Positions 17,799-27,350 are shown, numbered from the stretch's first letter. The stretch is 61,710 bases of DNA from Eubacteriales Family XIII. Incertae Sedis bacterium (GCA_031266795.1 JAISAI010000082.1:1-61710); one strand, 5' to 3'. Notes: generated by a model not told the origin, from the letters alone. Program-made: numbers and translations.

Positions 17799-19502
17799 AT
17801 GAACATGGCAGAATATTTATCACCTGGCATCTATGTTGAGGAATACGATTCTTCCCCACGCGCCATCGAGGGCGTAGGAACGAGTACGGCGGGATTTGTC
17901 GGTATCGCGGAAAAGGGGCCGACGGGCGGAGCGCCTGTGCTGGTCACGAACTTCGCGGAATACCTGAGGCAGTTCGGCGGCTATTTGAGCGTGCACACGC
18001 ATGGCGATTTTCGTTTCCTGCCCTACAGCGTGGAGCAGTTTTTCATCAATGGGGGCACGCGCTGCTATATCAGCCGCGTCATACCCGAGGACGCCGCGTC
18101 CGCTGTCGGCAAGGCGGGAGTCCTGACATTTACCGCAGCCAACGAGGGCAAGTGGGGCAACAAGATCACGGTGTCCTTCGTGGCGTCAAACCGCCGCAAA
18201 ATGCAGCTGCTCTCTGCCGAGGGCGAGAACGCGTACAAGGCGAAGACGGTCGTCGGCTTCAAGGAGGGCGATATCGTGACCTTCGACGGCGAAGTCAATC
18301 GCGTGGCGTCCGTCTTCGACGACGTCATCACCTTCGAGAACGCCTTTAGCGCGGATCCCGTGGACGACTCGCTCGTCCCGAAAAAGCTCGTCTACTCTTC
18401 CGAGATGGACGTGATCGTCCGCAGCGACGGCGTCGCGGAAGTCTACAACAGCGTCGACCTGAACCCGCCGTCCCTCGACTACATCGAACGGCGCTTCGCA
18501 CAGAGCGCGATCGTGCAGGTGTCCGCCGACACGACAAATGAGATCGCGTCGCCCGTCGCCGTGATATTCGGCGAGGGCGAAACGAAAGGCACGATCTCCT
18601 TTGAGGGCGGCAAGGACGGCACGATCGAGTCCGTGGACGCGGGCGTATTCATCGGCGTAGACAAGGGGCCCGGCAACCGCACGGGCATCGAGTCGTTCAA
18701 GGAAAACAACATCGTCAGCATCATAGCCGTGCCCGGAGTGACGATCCCCGAAGTCATCGTGTCATTGGTCGCCCACTGCGAGAACGAAAAAAACCGTTTT
18801 GCCGTAATAGACGCGCCCATCGACTTGGTGAAGACGGGCGATCTCGTCGAATACCGGGAGATCGTCGATTCGTCCTTCGCGGCGTTCTACCATCCGTGGC
18901 TGCAGGTGTATGACCGCCTCGCGCAAAAACCGGCGTTTGTGCCGCCGAGCGGCGCCGTGCTTGGCGTCTATTCGCGCTCGGACATCGAACGCGGCGTACA
19001 CAAGGCGCCCGCAAACGAGCCGGTCAGGTGCACGGGGCTCTCGACAAACTACACGGCGAAAGAGCAGGATATACTCAACCCGGCCGCCGTCAACCTCATC
19101 CGCGCCTTGCCCGGCCAAGGCATCCGCATTTGGGGCGCGCGTACGGCGAGTTCGGATTCGAACTTCAAGTACGTCAACGTGCGCAGGCTGTTCATCTACG
19201 TGGAGGAGTCCATCCGCTATTCGACGAACTGGGTCGTGTTCGAGCCGAACAACACCGACCTGTGGGGACGCGTCCAGATGACTATCTCGTCGTTCCTCGG
19301 CGGGCTTTTCTCGTCGGGTATGTTGGCGGGGGAATCCGCGGCGCAGGCCTACTTTGTGGAGATCGGCCCCACGACCATGAGCCGCGACGACATCGCGAAC
19401 GGGCGCTTGATCTGCAACATAGGGATCGCGCCTGTCAGGCCGGCCGAGTTTGTGATCTTCCGCGTGACGCAGTTCACGGCGGAAGCCGGCGGCGAGGAAT
19501 AG
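17799..19502 (+). CDS. contractile tail sheath protein (Afp2-4 / Cis2)
   Basis: N-terminus: AEYLSPGIYVEEYDSSPRAIEGVGTSTAGFVGIAEKGP. C-terminus: IRIWGARTASSDSNFKYVNVRRLFIYVEESI...VVFEPNNTDLWGRV. Confidence 0.92.
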   Translation: MNMAEYLSPGIYVEEYDSSPRAIEGVGTSTAGFVGIAEKGPTGGAPVLVTNFAEYLRQFGGYLSVHTHGDFRFLPYSVEQFFINGGTRCYISRVIPEDAASAVGKAGVLTFTAANEGKWGNKITVSFVASNRRKMQLLSAEGENAYKAKTVVGFKEGDIVTFDGEVNRVASVFDDVITFENAFSADPVDDSLVPKKLVYSSEMDVIVRSDGVAEVYNSVDLNPPSLDYIERRFAQSAIVQVSADTTNEIASPVAVIFGEGETKGTISFEGGKDGTIESVDAGVFIGVDKGPGNRTGIESFKENNIVSIIAVPGVTIPEVIVSLVAHCENEKNRFAVIDAPIDLVKTGDLVEYREIVDSSFAAFYHPWLQVYDRLAQKPAFVPPSGAVLGVYSRSDIERGVHKAPANEPVRCTGLSTNYTAKEQDILNPAAVNLIRALPGQGIRIWGARTASSDSNFKYVNVRRLFIYVEESIRYSTNWVVFEPNNTDLWGRVQMTISSFLGGLFSSGMLAGESAAQAYFVEIGPTTMSRDDIANGRLICNIGIAPVRPAEFVIFRVTQFTAEAGGEE

Positions 19503-19605
19503 GCCGCAAGGCCGGGTACTGAAGTCGCGGGCGCCTTTTCGCAAAGGCCAAGCGACGGAGAAGGACGCGCCCCATGGCGCGCCCTGAAGTGAAAGGAGAT
19601 ACAAA

Positions 19606-20160
19606 ATGGCATTTGGAACAACATCCGCGGCATACCAGCAGTCTACAGGCGCGGCATATCCGTTTACAAAGATGAATTTCGTCGTGTCCATCGGCGATTC
19701 GGGAAGCGGCGCCGCGTTCACGGAGATCACGGGTTTGGACGCGAACGTGGACGTGGTCGAGTTCAGGCAGGGCAATTCGAGCAGCTTGGCGCCCGTCAAG
19801 ATACCCGGCCTCGTCAAGCACGGGAACATCACCATGAAGTATGGCGTCACGACGGCGAGCGACTTCCGCAACTGGATCGCGGCCTGCATCGACTCGCAGC
19901 GCGGGCCCATACCGCGCACGGACATCCTGATAGAGCTCATCGATACGGTCAGCGCGGCGCCAAAGCAGATGGTGGACTCCGTAAGCGCGTCCGCGGAGGG
20001 CGGCATGATGTGGACGCTGACGGGCGCTTGGGTCACAAAGTATTCCGGCGTAGACCTGAACTCCATGCAGAGCGAGGTCGCGATAGAAACGATCGAGATC
20101 GCCTACGAGGAACTGACGACGATCCCGATGCCGACCGCGGCGGCGGCCGCAGCCGAATGA
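19606..20160 (+). CDS. tail tube protein (Phage_T4_gp19 family; Afp1/Cis1a)
   Basis: AAAGGAG RBS. FTKMNFVVSIGDSGSGAAFTEITGLDANVDVVEFRQGNS...GLVKHGNITMKYGV is the typical tube signature. Confidence 0.88.
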   Translation: MAFGTTSAAYQQSTGAAYPFTKMNFVVSIGDSGSGAAFTEITGLDANVDVVEFRQGNSSSLAPVKIPGLVKHGNITMKYGVTTASDFRNWIAACIDSQRGPIPRTDILIELIDTVSAAPKQMVDSVSASAEGGMMWTLTGAWVTKYSGVDLNSMQSEVAIETIEIAYEELTTIPMPTAAAAAAE

Positions 20161-20268
20161 TCCTAAGCCGCATCCGTAAGGAGAGCGGTGGGATAGTCTG
20201 TTTCTTGTTGAGCCCGGGCGGGCGTTCTCGCCCACCCGGGTGAAAGGAGAATTGAAGAGAGGCCAACG

Positions 20269-20631
20269 ATGCAAACTGTATTTGATTTTGAATTACCGAA
20301 GGGTTTTGTCGACGAGAACGGCGGACTGCACAAGCTCGGCAAGATGCGCCTCGCCACGGCGGGGGACGAGATCGGCGCTATGCGCGACCCGCGCGTCATC
20401 TCGAACCCCTCATACCTTTCGATCGTGGTGCTCGCGAGCGTCATCACGGAGATCGAGGGTATCCCGGCTGTGCCGGCAACGTTGATCGAGCGGCTGTATA
20501 CGGCTGATCTCGCGTATCTTCAGGACATGTATCAACGCATCAACGATATAGACCCTCCGACAATCACGGTCGTGTGCCCGGAGTGCAGCCATACGTTTGA
20601 GGCGCCGGTAAATTTTACACGAGAGGGATAG
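20269..20631 (+). CDS. small CIS-locus protein, phage tail-assembly-chaperone-like (Afp6 position)
   Basis: FELPKGFVDENGGLHKLGKMRLATAGDEIGAMRDPRV...LYTADLAYLQDMYQRIN. It occupies the chaperone position between the tube paralogues. Confidence 0.6.
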   Translation: MQTVFDFELPKGFVDENGGLHKLGKMRLATAGDEIGAMRDPRVISNPSYLSIVVLASVITEIEGIPAVPATLIERLYTADLAYLQDMYQRINDIDPPTITVVCPECSHTFEAPVNFTREG

Positions 20632-20651
20632 CGCTGTACCCGGAAGATGAG

Positions 20652-20834
20652 ATGTACAAGGAGATGTCGTTCATCTCATACTACTTCCACTGGGGGCGCG
20701 ACGAGGTCATGGCGCTCGACCATGCCGCCCGCAGGCGATGGTGCGAGGAAATCTCCGCCATCAACGCGGATCTCACTCCCTCCGAAGGCAAAGGCGGCAA
20801 AGAAGTGAGCATTACCGATATGCGCTTTAGCTAA
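20652..20834 (+). CDS. small conserved CIS-locus protein (YYFHW...RRRW motif); possibly made as a -1 frameshift extension of 20269-20631
   Basis: MSFISYYFHWGRDEVMALDHAARRRWCEEISAIN. Its frame is open from 20601, upstream of the ATG. Confidence 0.55.
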   Translation: MYKEMSFISYYFHWGRDEVMALDHAARRRWCEEISAINADLTPSEGKGGKEVSITDMRFS

Positions 20835-20867
20835 AGAGCAGTAACAGATAAAGGGAACGACGGTCAT

Positions 20868-21371
20868 ATGGCATATAATTTTACGTATAGAGACGCCACT
20901 ACGGGCAATTTTCTGGCGTTGAACAAGGGTATGAACCCGCTCGTGAACTACAATTTCATCCTTCGCGTGGAGGCCTTGTTCGATCTGCCGTGTAAGAGTG
21001 TGAAGAGCTTTACGCGCGAAAATGAATATGAACTGATTCAGGAGGGCGGGCGCAACGACTATGTCCACATGCGCCGCAAGCCGATCAGCAGGCCGTTCAC
21101 GCTCGAGGTCGAGCGCTATGTCGGCGTGGACTATCTCGACCCCCTGCCGAACGGCGCGGAGCCGGTACTGCCCATCATCCTGATCGTGTCGCGGCATCCG
21201 GACAATTTTGCCGATGTGAGCGCCTGGGCGCGCAACTACGCGTTCATGGGCTGCGTCGTCATGAAGAAGACTTACGGGGAACTGAACGCGGAACAATCCG
21301 GGCTGCTCGTCGACACGACGACGATCGCTTATCGCGAGATGGTATGCCTCGATATTCCGTTCGGCGGATAG
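20868..21371 (+). CDS. second tail tube paralogue (Phage_T4_gp19 family; Afp5/Cis1b)
   Basis: VNYNFILRVEALFDLPCKSVKSFTRENEYELIQEGGRNDYVHMRRKPISRPFTLEVERYV. Confidence 0.8.
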   Translation: MAYNFTYRDATTGNFLALNKGMNPLVNYNFILRVEALFDLPCKSVKSFTRENEYELIQEGGRNDYVHMRRKPISRPFTLEVERYVGVDYLDPLPNGAEPVLPIILIVSRHPDNFADVSAWARNYAFMGCVVMKKTYGELNAEQSGLLVDTTTIAYREMVCLDIPFGG

Positions 21372-21383
21372 GCTTGGAATGAT

Positions 21384-23741
21384 ATGATTACGGCGGGACG
21401 GCCTCTCAAACTGAATATAACGCGAGGGATGACCTTATTCACGCCGCCCTCCGCCGCGTGGTCCGACCTGTTCTACGAGCGGATCGCGGGGGGCTACGCG
21501 CTCATGGCGATGAACTTCACGCCGGAAAACATGCTCCTGCTCATGTACGCGCCGGCGACGGCGCCGATATACGGCGGCGGCATGACGAACCTCACGAACA
21601 TCGAGCACACGGAGTATGCACGAAACTACCTCCTGAATATCGTCAACAACGTCGTGAACAGGGTGTTGTTCATGGACGAGAGCCGCGCTACGTGGCGCGA
21701 CGAGGTCTATGTGTCGAACGTCCTGAGAAAGCTCGGGGTCACGGACGTAGACTTCTTCATGAGGGAAGCGCGTTCCGTCATGAACGATGGCAGGCAGACG
21801 TGGCGGCTCCTGAAGCTCTACCGCGAAAACGAGGGGCTGCTGCGTGAGGCCATGGAGCGCGAACGCGTGCGGGACGCCGCGCCCGCCACGGCGACGAAGG
21901 AGAAAGATGGAGCCCGTGCGGCGGAAGGGAGGAGCGCCATGCCCGCGGCGCTTCACAGCGAGATCATACGCCGGCTCCGGACATCCGAGATACTGTCGAG
22001 CATGAAGGCCTACGCCACGCGTACGCAGGATGCGCGCGTATCGAACTCTTTTGACCTGTCGGCGGCGGAGTTCGCCTTTATGCTGAACGCGGAAAACCTG
22101 TTTGAACACAGAAGTCGCGTGCTCGGCGGCGATGTGACGCTCGTGCACCGGCACACGAACGCGTACGAGACGGCGGACGCGCCGCCCGCGCCCGCGCGTG
22201 AGGACGACGCCGTGGGCCGCGCCGTCTGCGCCGCCATCATCAACATCGCGGAACACGCGGCCTTGACGCGCCTCAGCATGGCGCGGACGGAGGTAAACGT
22301 GCGCGTCGACCTCTCGCGGGCCTTGCCCGATGCCGCGCGGATCACGCTCGAACGCCTGAAATCGCACTACGCGGAGCGCGGCTACGCGACGTCCACGGAG
22401 CGGCTGTTTGAGAGCAGATTGGCGGAGCTTGACGCGTATGAATCGAGCGTGATCCGGCAGCTCGTTTCCGAAACGGAGCGCTTCATGCCCGCGGAACGGC
22501 TGCTTCTGGCGGAAGCGGAAAAGGGGCGCGTCGACGCGCGCGGGACGAAAGCCGGCTCGAAGGAGTACACGAAAGCCGTACGGGCATTCCACGAGGCGCA
22601 GTCGGAAATACAGCGTGAACGCGAGCGTATCGAGCGCATCGTCCGGCAGTCCGCGGCGCCCGGCGGCGGCGAAATGTTGCGCATATTCACGGAACGGGCG
22701 CAGGGCGCCCCGGCGCGTGAGCGTCCCTACGGCGATGTCCCGGATATGATAGAGAGCGTCACGGGATTCATACCGGGCGGCGCGGATCTGTCCCCGGAAG
22801 AGATGATCCACCCGCGTGAGGCGACGGCGCTTCGCGAGGAAGAGGGGACGGCCGGCGAAGCCGTTTCCGGCGGCGGCGCGGCGGCCGCGGGCGGTCTCGC
22901 GCGCGGCCTGAAAGAGGAGATGGACGCCTACGACAGGCGCAACAAGGAGGCGGCGCGGGCCTTGGAGGAACGCATACGTTCGTTGCGCGCGAACGCCGCT
23001 ACGCCGGGAGAAGACGAGCGCAGACGGTCGGCGCGGGAAGCCCTTGAGGCCTTGGACGAACCGGAAAAGCTCATGAACGCCCTGCTCGAAGGACGGCCGG
23101 ACGCCGCGCGCGGCGGCGCGGGCGCGCGGCCGCCGGCGCTTATGCTGCTGCTCGAGGCGGCGTCCCCCGGGGAACGGGCGCTCTACGAGCGCGTGATCAA
23201 CTATGTGCAGGGCGCGGGCGCTCTGGCAGGCGGCGCCGTGCGGCCTGTCAGCCCGCCTGCGTTCAACGCGGAAATCACCGAAATCCGCGAGCGGGACGCC
23301 GCAGAGATGAGACACATCGAACGTGAATACGCGGAACGCGGGGAGTTTGTCCGGGAGCGTCTCGAACGCGTAGCGGAGCGCGAGCGCACGGCGCCGCCGC
23401 GCGGGGAGAGAGCCTATGCCGGGCATCCGCGCCGCGGCGCGCCTATGGTTCACCGGCAACAGGAGCAGACGGGGCTGTCCGATGAGGACAGAGCGCGCAT
23501 CGCCGCAGAGATCGGGGGGCATACGCGCAGCGAGGTGACGACGCGGGAGACTATCCTGCGTGAACAGATGAACGAGACCGAAATCAACCGGGCCGTCAGG
23601 GAGGCGGAGGCCAAGAAAGCGGACGACATCGGCGAGATGATAAATCGCGCATTGGCGGTTCAGATGAACACGATCGCCGGGCGCGTATACCATCAGGTGG
23701 AACGGCGTTTGACGATGGAACGCGCCAGAAGAGGAAAGTAG
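21384..23741 (+). CDS. putative tail-length tape-measure protein (Afp14 position), 785 aa, Arg/Glu/Ala-rich helical
   Basis: Lies between the tube and tube-initiator genes. Composition is long, charged and low-complexity helical, with a conserved-looking tail: AGRVYHQVERRLTMERARRGK. Confidence 0.55.
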   Translation: MITAGRPLKLNITRGMTLFTPPSAAWSDLFYERIAGGYALMAMNFTPENMLLLMYAPATAPIYGGGMTNLTNIEHTEYARNYLLNIVNNVVNRVLFMDESRATWRDEVYVSNVLRKLGVTDVDFFMREARSVMNDGRQTWRLLKLYRENEGLLREAMERERVRDAAPATATKEKDGARAAEGRSAMPAALHSEIIRRLRTSEILSSMKAYATRTQDARVSNSFDLSAAEFAFMLNAENLFEHRSRVLGGDVTLVHRHTNAYETADAPPAPAREDDAVGRAVCAAIINIAEHAALTRLSMARTEVNVRVDLSRALPDAARITLERLKSHYAERGYATSTERLFESRLAELDAYESSVIRQLVSETERFMPAERLLLAEAEKGRVDARGTKAGSKEYTKAVRAFHEAQSEIQRERERIERIVRQSAAPGGGEMLRIFTERAQGAPARERPYGDVPDMIESVTGFIPGGADLSPEEMIHPREATALREEEGTAGEAVSGGGAAAAGGLARGLKEEMDAYDRRNKEAARALEERIRSLRANAATPGEDERRRSAREALEALDEPEKLMNALLEGRPDAARGGAGARPPALMLLLEAASPGERALYERVINYVQGAGALAGGAVRPVSPPAFNAEITEIRERDAAEMRHIEREYAERGEFVRERLERVAERERTAPPRGERAYAGHPRRGAPMVHRQQEQTGLSDEDRARIAAEIGGHTRSEVTTRETILREQMNETEINRAVREAEAKKADDIGEMINRALAVQMNTIAGRVYHQVERRLTMERARRGK

Positions 23742-23751
23742 GGAATCAGCC

Positions 23752-24522
23752 ATGGATTTTATGAGCGGCCTCGCCAGCGCCGCAGGAATGATCGAAGTCG
23801 CTAAGATCGTCGCGTTTGACCGGCGCGCTTCCGATAAGGACAAACCTCAATATTCCCCCGCAGCGATTGCGGGCGACATGCTGTCAGGCAAGCCCCCGGC
23901 GCCGACGCCGACCGACGCTAAGCGGCGTGAATATACTATCCAGTTCAATCCGAGCGAGCTGTCGATCGACGCGAACCGCGAGATAAAAAATATCACGGAT
24001 ACGCAGGCCGGGCCGGGCGCCCCTGTGACGGAAGGCACGCAGACGACCTCCCAAAATTCGTATGACCCGCCCACCATCACACTATCGACGCGCCTTGTGT
24101 TTGACGAGGTCAACCTGAGCGACGCCTTTGTCCAAGAGAATATCACTTCCCTGGCGTCCGCTTCCGCTGTCAAAGCGGGCGTTTCAAATGTCATGGCGGC
24201 GTTCGGCAAGGAATGGACCGTGCAACCCATCGTGGAAGGCTTCATCGGCGCGCTGCGCAATGACAAGACGCGCCTCATACGCTTTGAGTGGGCGGAATTT
24301 TACTTCACGGGTTGGCTCAATCACCTAAGCTGTGAATACGTGATGTTCTCGCCGTCGGGCAAGCCCATCCGGGCTTTCGTGAATCTGCGGCTCAAGTGCG
24401 ATCTGGATTCCGACAGGAACGGTTGGTTGGCGGACTACAAGAATATGTTCGGGCCTGACGCCGAAAAGATGCTTCCGGGAGTTTCGGGCGCGTTGCCCAA
24501 TCTGGGTAGCTTAGGATTTTGA
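23752..24522 (+). CDS. baseplate tube-initiator protein (Afp7-like N-terminal tube fold, no LysM), paralogue 1
   Basis: YTIQFNPSELSIDANRE ... FEWAEFYFTGWLNHLSCEYVMFSPSGKPIRAFVNLRLK. Confidence 0.7.
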   Translation: MDFMSGLASAAGMIEVAKIVAFDRRASDKDKPQYSPAAIAGDMLSGKPPAPTPTDAKRREYTIQFNPSELSIDANREIKNITDTQAGPGAPVTEGTQTTSQNSYDPPTITLSTRLVFDEVNLSDAFVQENITSLASASAVKAGVSNVMAAFGKEWTVQPIVEGFIGALRNDKTRLIRFEWAEFYFTGWLNHLSCEYVMFSPSGKPIRAFVNLRLKCDLDSDRNGWLADYKNMFGPDAEKMLPGVSGALPNLGSLGF

Positions 24523-24534
24523 AGGGAGACGAGG

Positions 24535-25290
24535 ATGGGTTTTTTTGATAAAATCGGAAGCGCGGCGGGGATGCTCGCCGGTAAAATCGAAAAGGCTGTG
24601 TTGATCGTTGACAGCACGGCGGAGAAAACGGATCCGGGCGGCGGCGCGGCGGGAGCTTCCCGCTTGGGCGCTGCGGCTTCGCTGCTCAGCTCAGCCGCTT
24701 CCGCCGGCGCTTCCGGAGGCGGCACGACTACGATCGAGGTTCAATTCAATCCGAATACGATCAGGATCGACGCAAACGCTGAGAGCATGAGGGCGAAGTA
24801 CATGCTCAGCCACGTGGAGGGCCTGCCGAACACGACAAATCGCGCGGCGTCCATCGTCCTCAACATAGATCTCATCTTCGACGCCGTCCAAAACAGCGAC
24901 GCTTTTCACGCTGACGGCCTGCGTCTTTCCGCTTCGGACATCGTTTCCCACGGGGGCGCTTTTATTGCCGGAAAAAAATACAGCGTGATGAAGCAGACGA
25001 ACGGCATGGTTTCCCTGCTCATAGGCATCCAATCCCCCGTCGAATTCAAATGGGGCGCGTTCTCGTTTTCAGGCATCGTTTCGGAGGTGCAGGCCAGATA
25101 CCTCATGTTTTCGCCGTCAGGGCATCCGATACGCAGCAAAGTTTCCGTGCGCATCGTACAGTCCTTGACTAAGGAAAAAGAGTTCCTGTATTGGGATAAC
25201 GCCTATAACAATTTTTTCGGCAGCGAAGATGTGCTCGCCGCGCACGCGAGGGACGCGTTACAGACGCAGCAGTCGTTTTTTAATCTGTAA
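24535..25290 (+). CDS. baseplate tube-initiator protein (Afp7-like, no LysM), paralogue 2
   Basis: TTIEVQFNPNTIRIDANAES ... FKWGAFSFSGIVSEVQARYLMFSPSGHPIRSKVSVRIVQ. It is collinear with 23752-24522. Confidence 0.7.
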   Translation: MGFFDKIGSAAGMLAGKIEKAVLIVDSTAEKTDPGGGAAGASRLGAAASLLSSAASAGASGGGTTTIEVQFNPNTIRIDANAESMRAKYMLSHVEGLPNTTNRAASIVLNIDLIFDAVQNSDAFHADGLRLSASDIVSHGGAFIAGKKYSVMKQTNGMVSLLIGIQSPVEFKWGAFSFSGIVSEVQARYLMFSPSGHPIRSKVSVRIVQSLTKEKEFLYWDNAYNNFFGSEDVLAAHARDALQTQQSFFNL

Positions 25291-25333
25291 TAGGGAGCGT
25301 TAGGATGTCAGTAATGAAAGGGATTTTTGAAAA

Positions 25334-26512
25334 GTGGCGTTGATGTCGGGCTTGCCGGGAGTGCTACCCGGAAGCGGCTCCGTTAAGTACGAGGAGCTGC
25401 ACAAAAAATACGGAGGTTTCGACCACCCGCAGGCGAAGATCGAGATAGACGGGGAGGTCTTTGCCGAGAAGCATACGACGATGATGATCAACGACATCTC
25501 CATTGAGCTGTCGAGCGGCTTTGAAGCGTCGATAGCGCGTTTTCGCATCTACAAGGTGTACAACCTGAAAACGTCCTCCTTTCAGTTTGAGGAAGTGAAA
25601 AGGCACGCCATCCTCGGCGTGTCTGTAAATGTATCGTTGGGCTATATGGGCGCCTTGGAGCCTGTGTTTACGGGCTTTATTGCATCGGTGGACTTCTGCT
25701 ACGATCCGGATTCGCTGCCCTATATCGAAATCACGGGTATGGACGCGAAGGGCGTCATGATGGCCTCCTCCCATGCCGCCCGGCTCAGGGCCAAATCGTA
25801 CGGTGAGGGTGTGAAAGAGATCCTGAGTCGAACGGCCTACAAAAAGATGCAGACGGCAAAAATCATCAGCGCCATTGACGTGTCAAATACGCCGGACATG
25901 AAGGCGGGCGGCGACACGGCCAGCGCAGAGACAATAGAGATGGTGTCGGAGAGCGATTACGAATTCATCATAAAGGCGGCGAAAAAATTCAACTTTGAAT
26001 TTTTCATCGAGCAGGGCAAGGTCATCTTTCGCAAGGCGCGCAGCGTCACAGCGCCGCTCATGGATCTGTCGCCGGGCAAGGGTATCATTTCCTTTCGCCT
26101 CGGCTACAGCCTGACCGGCATGGTGGAAGAGATCGAGGTGCGCGCGATGAATCCGGGCACGGGGAAAAAAGTGTCCGCCAAGGGCAAGTACAACCAAAAC
26201 TTGTCGACAGCGGGCAAGGCAAAGGCGCTGATCGGGGGCAGCAAACGCATCTACATCGATCCGACGGTCTTCACGCAGGAACAGGCGAACGCACGCCTCG
26301 ATTCACTCATGACGCAGATGTCCTATCGGCTCGGCACGATCGAGAGCGAGTGTATCGGTATTCCGGATCTCGTGCCGGGGCGTTTCGTCAACGTCAAGGT
26401 CGGCTCCCCCGGCGACAACAGCTTTTACCTTACGAATGTGACGCATGATTTTCAGAGTACGGGCGCATATAGGACGCGTATCACGGGTTCCGCGCCTTCG
26501 GTAAAGAAATAG
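25334..26512 (+). CDS. baseplate hub, phage late control gene D (P2 gpD) family
   Basis: PQAKIEIDGEVF...ISIELSSGFEASIARFRIY ... ECIGIPDLVPGRFVNVKVGSPGDNSFYLTNVTHDF. Start is GTG 25334 (or ATG 25343). Confidence 0.75.
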   Translation: MALMSGLPGVLPGSGSVKYEELHKKYGGFDHPQAKIEIDGEVFAEKHTTMMINDISIELSSGFEASIARFRIYKVYNLKTSSFQFEEVKRHAILGVSVNVSLGYMGALEPVFTGFIASVDFCYDPDSLPYIEITGMDAKGVMMASSHAARLRAKSYGEGVKEILSRTAYKKMQTAKIISAIDVSNTPDMKAGGDTASAETIEMVSESDYEFIIKAAKKFNFEFFIEQGKVIFRKARSVTAPLMDLSPGKGIISFRLGYSLTGMVEEIEVRAMNPGTGKKVSAKGKYNQNLSTAGKAKALIGGSKRIYIDPTVFTQEQANARLDSLMTQMSYRLGTIESECIGIPDLVPGRFVNVKVGSPGDNSFYLTNVTHDFQSTGAYRTRITGSAPSVKK

Positions 26513-26524
26513 GAGAAGGATACT

Positions 26525-27337
26525 ATGGCGCTTTACGACATCATAGACGAAATCGCGGGCAAGCAGATTACAAAGAGCGATACGGGGGATCCACGCGTCT
26601 ACGGCGCGATGATCGGCCTCGTCGCCGAGAACTACGACAAGGATATGCCGGGCCGCATATGTGTGACGCTTCCGGCGCGCGAAGACGATGCGAACAAGCT
26701 GCAGTGGGCGCGCGTCGCCCATCCGTCCGGCGGCAGCCTTTGGGGGCATTACTTCCTGCCCGAGGTCGGCGACCAGGTGCTCGTCGTGTTCGAGGGGGGC
26801 AACATTGAAAAGCCTTACGTCGTGGGCTGCTTGTCGAAGGACAAGGACGAATTTCTCAGTAAGTCGGTCGACAAGGACAATACGATAAAACACATCGTCA
26901 CGAGGCACGGGAGTGAACTGAAATTTGAGGATAAGGCCAAAGGAGAAGGAGATAAGGATAGTATCACGCTCACGACGGCCAAAACTCAGCATACGCTGAA
27001 ATTGGACAACGAAAACGGGCTCATCGAGCTGACGGACAAGGACGGAAAAAATTCGATCCGCATGAAGACGGTGGACGGCACGATGAACATCAAGGCTAAG
27101 AGCCGCGTCACGATAGAGGTGGGCAACGGGATCAAGCTCGTCATGAACGGTGAAACGGGCGCGGTCAGCCTCGACTGCAAGGAGCTGAACATCAAAGCGA
27201 CGCGGAAGCTGAGCGCGAAGACTGACGGTATGATGAAGGTGGACGCGTCGCAGATCGGGACGAACGCTTCGTCGATGTACAAGATAGAAAGCGGCGGCAT
27301 CGTAATGATCGGGGGCAGCCCGGTGAAGATAGGTTAG
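26525..27337 (+). CDS. central spike, gpV/VgrG-like OB-fold plus beta-helix (Afp8/Cis8)
   Basis: GLVAENYDKDMPGRICVTLP...WARVAHPSGGSLWGHYFLPEVGDQVLVVFEGGNIEKPYVVGCL, followed by short beta-helix repeats. Confidence 0.85.
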   Translation: MALYDIIDEIAGKQITKSDTGDPRVYGAMIGLVAENYDKDMPGRICVTLPAREDDANKLQWARVAHPSGGSLWGHYFLPEVGDQVLVVFEGGNIEKPYVVGCLSKDKDEFLSKSVDKDNTIKHIVTRHGSELKFEDKAKGEGDKDSITLTTAKTQHTLKLDNENGLIELTDKDGKNSIRMKTVDGTMNIKAKSRVTIEVGNGIKLVMNGETGAVSLDCKELNIKATRKLSAKTDGMMKVDASQIGTNASSMYKIESGGIVMIGGSPVKIG

Positions 27338-27350
27338 GAGAGGAGCAGGG

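Noticed and set aside
21435-23843. 802-aa ORF on the minus strand, the second-longest ORF of the CIS region
   Set aside because: It is an exact antisense shadow of the tape-measure gene. Composition is extremely Arg/Gly/Ala/Pro-rich, there is no RBS, and it breaks the otherwise uninterrupted + strand operon. This is typical of stop-poor antisense frames in high-GC coding DNA.
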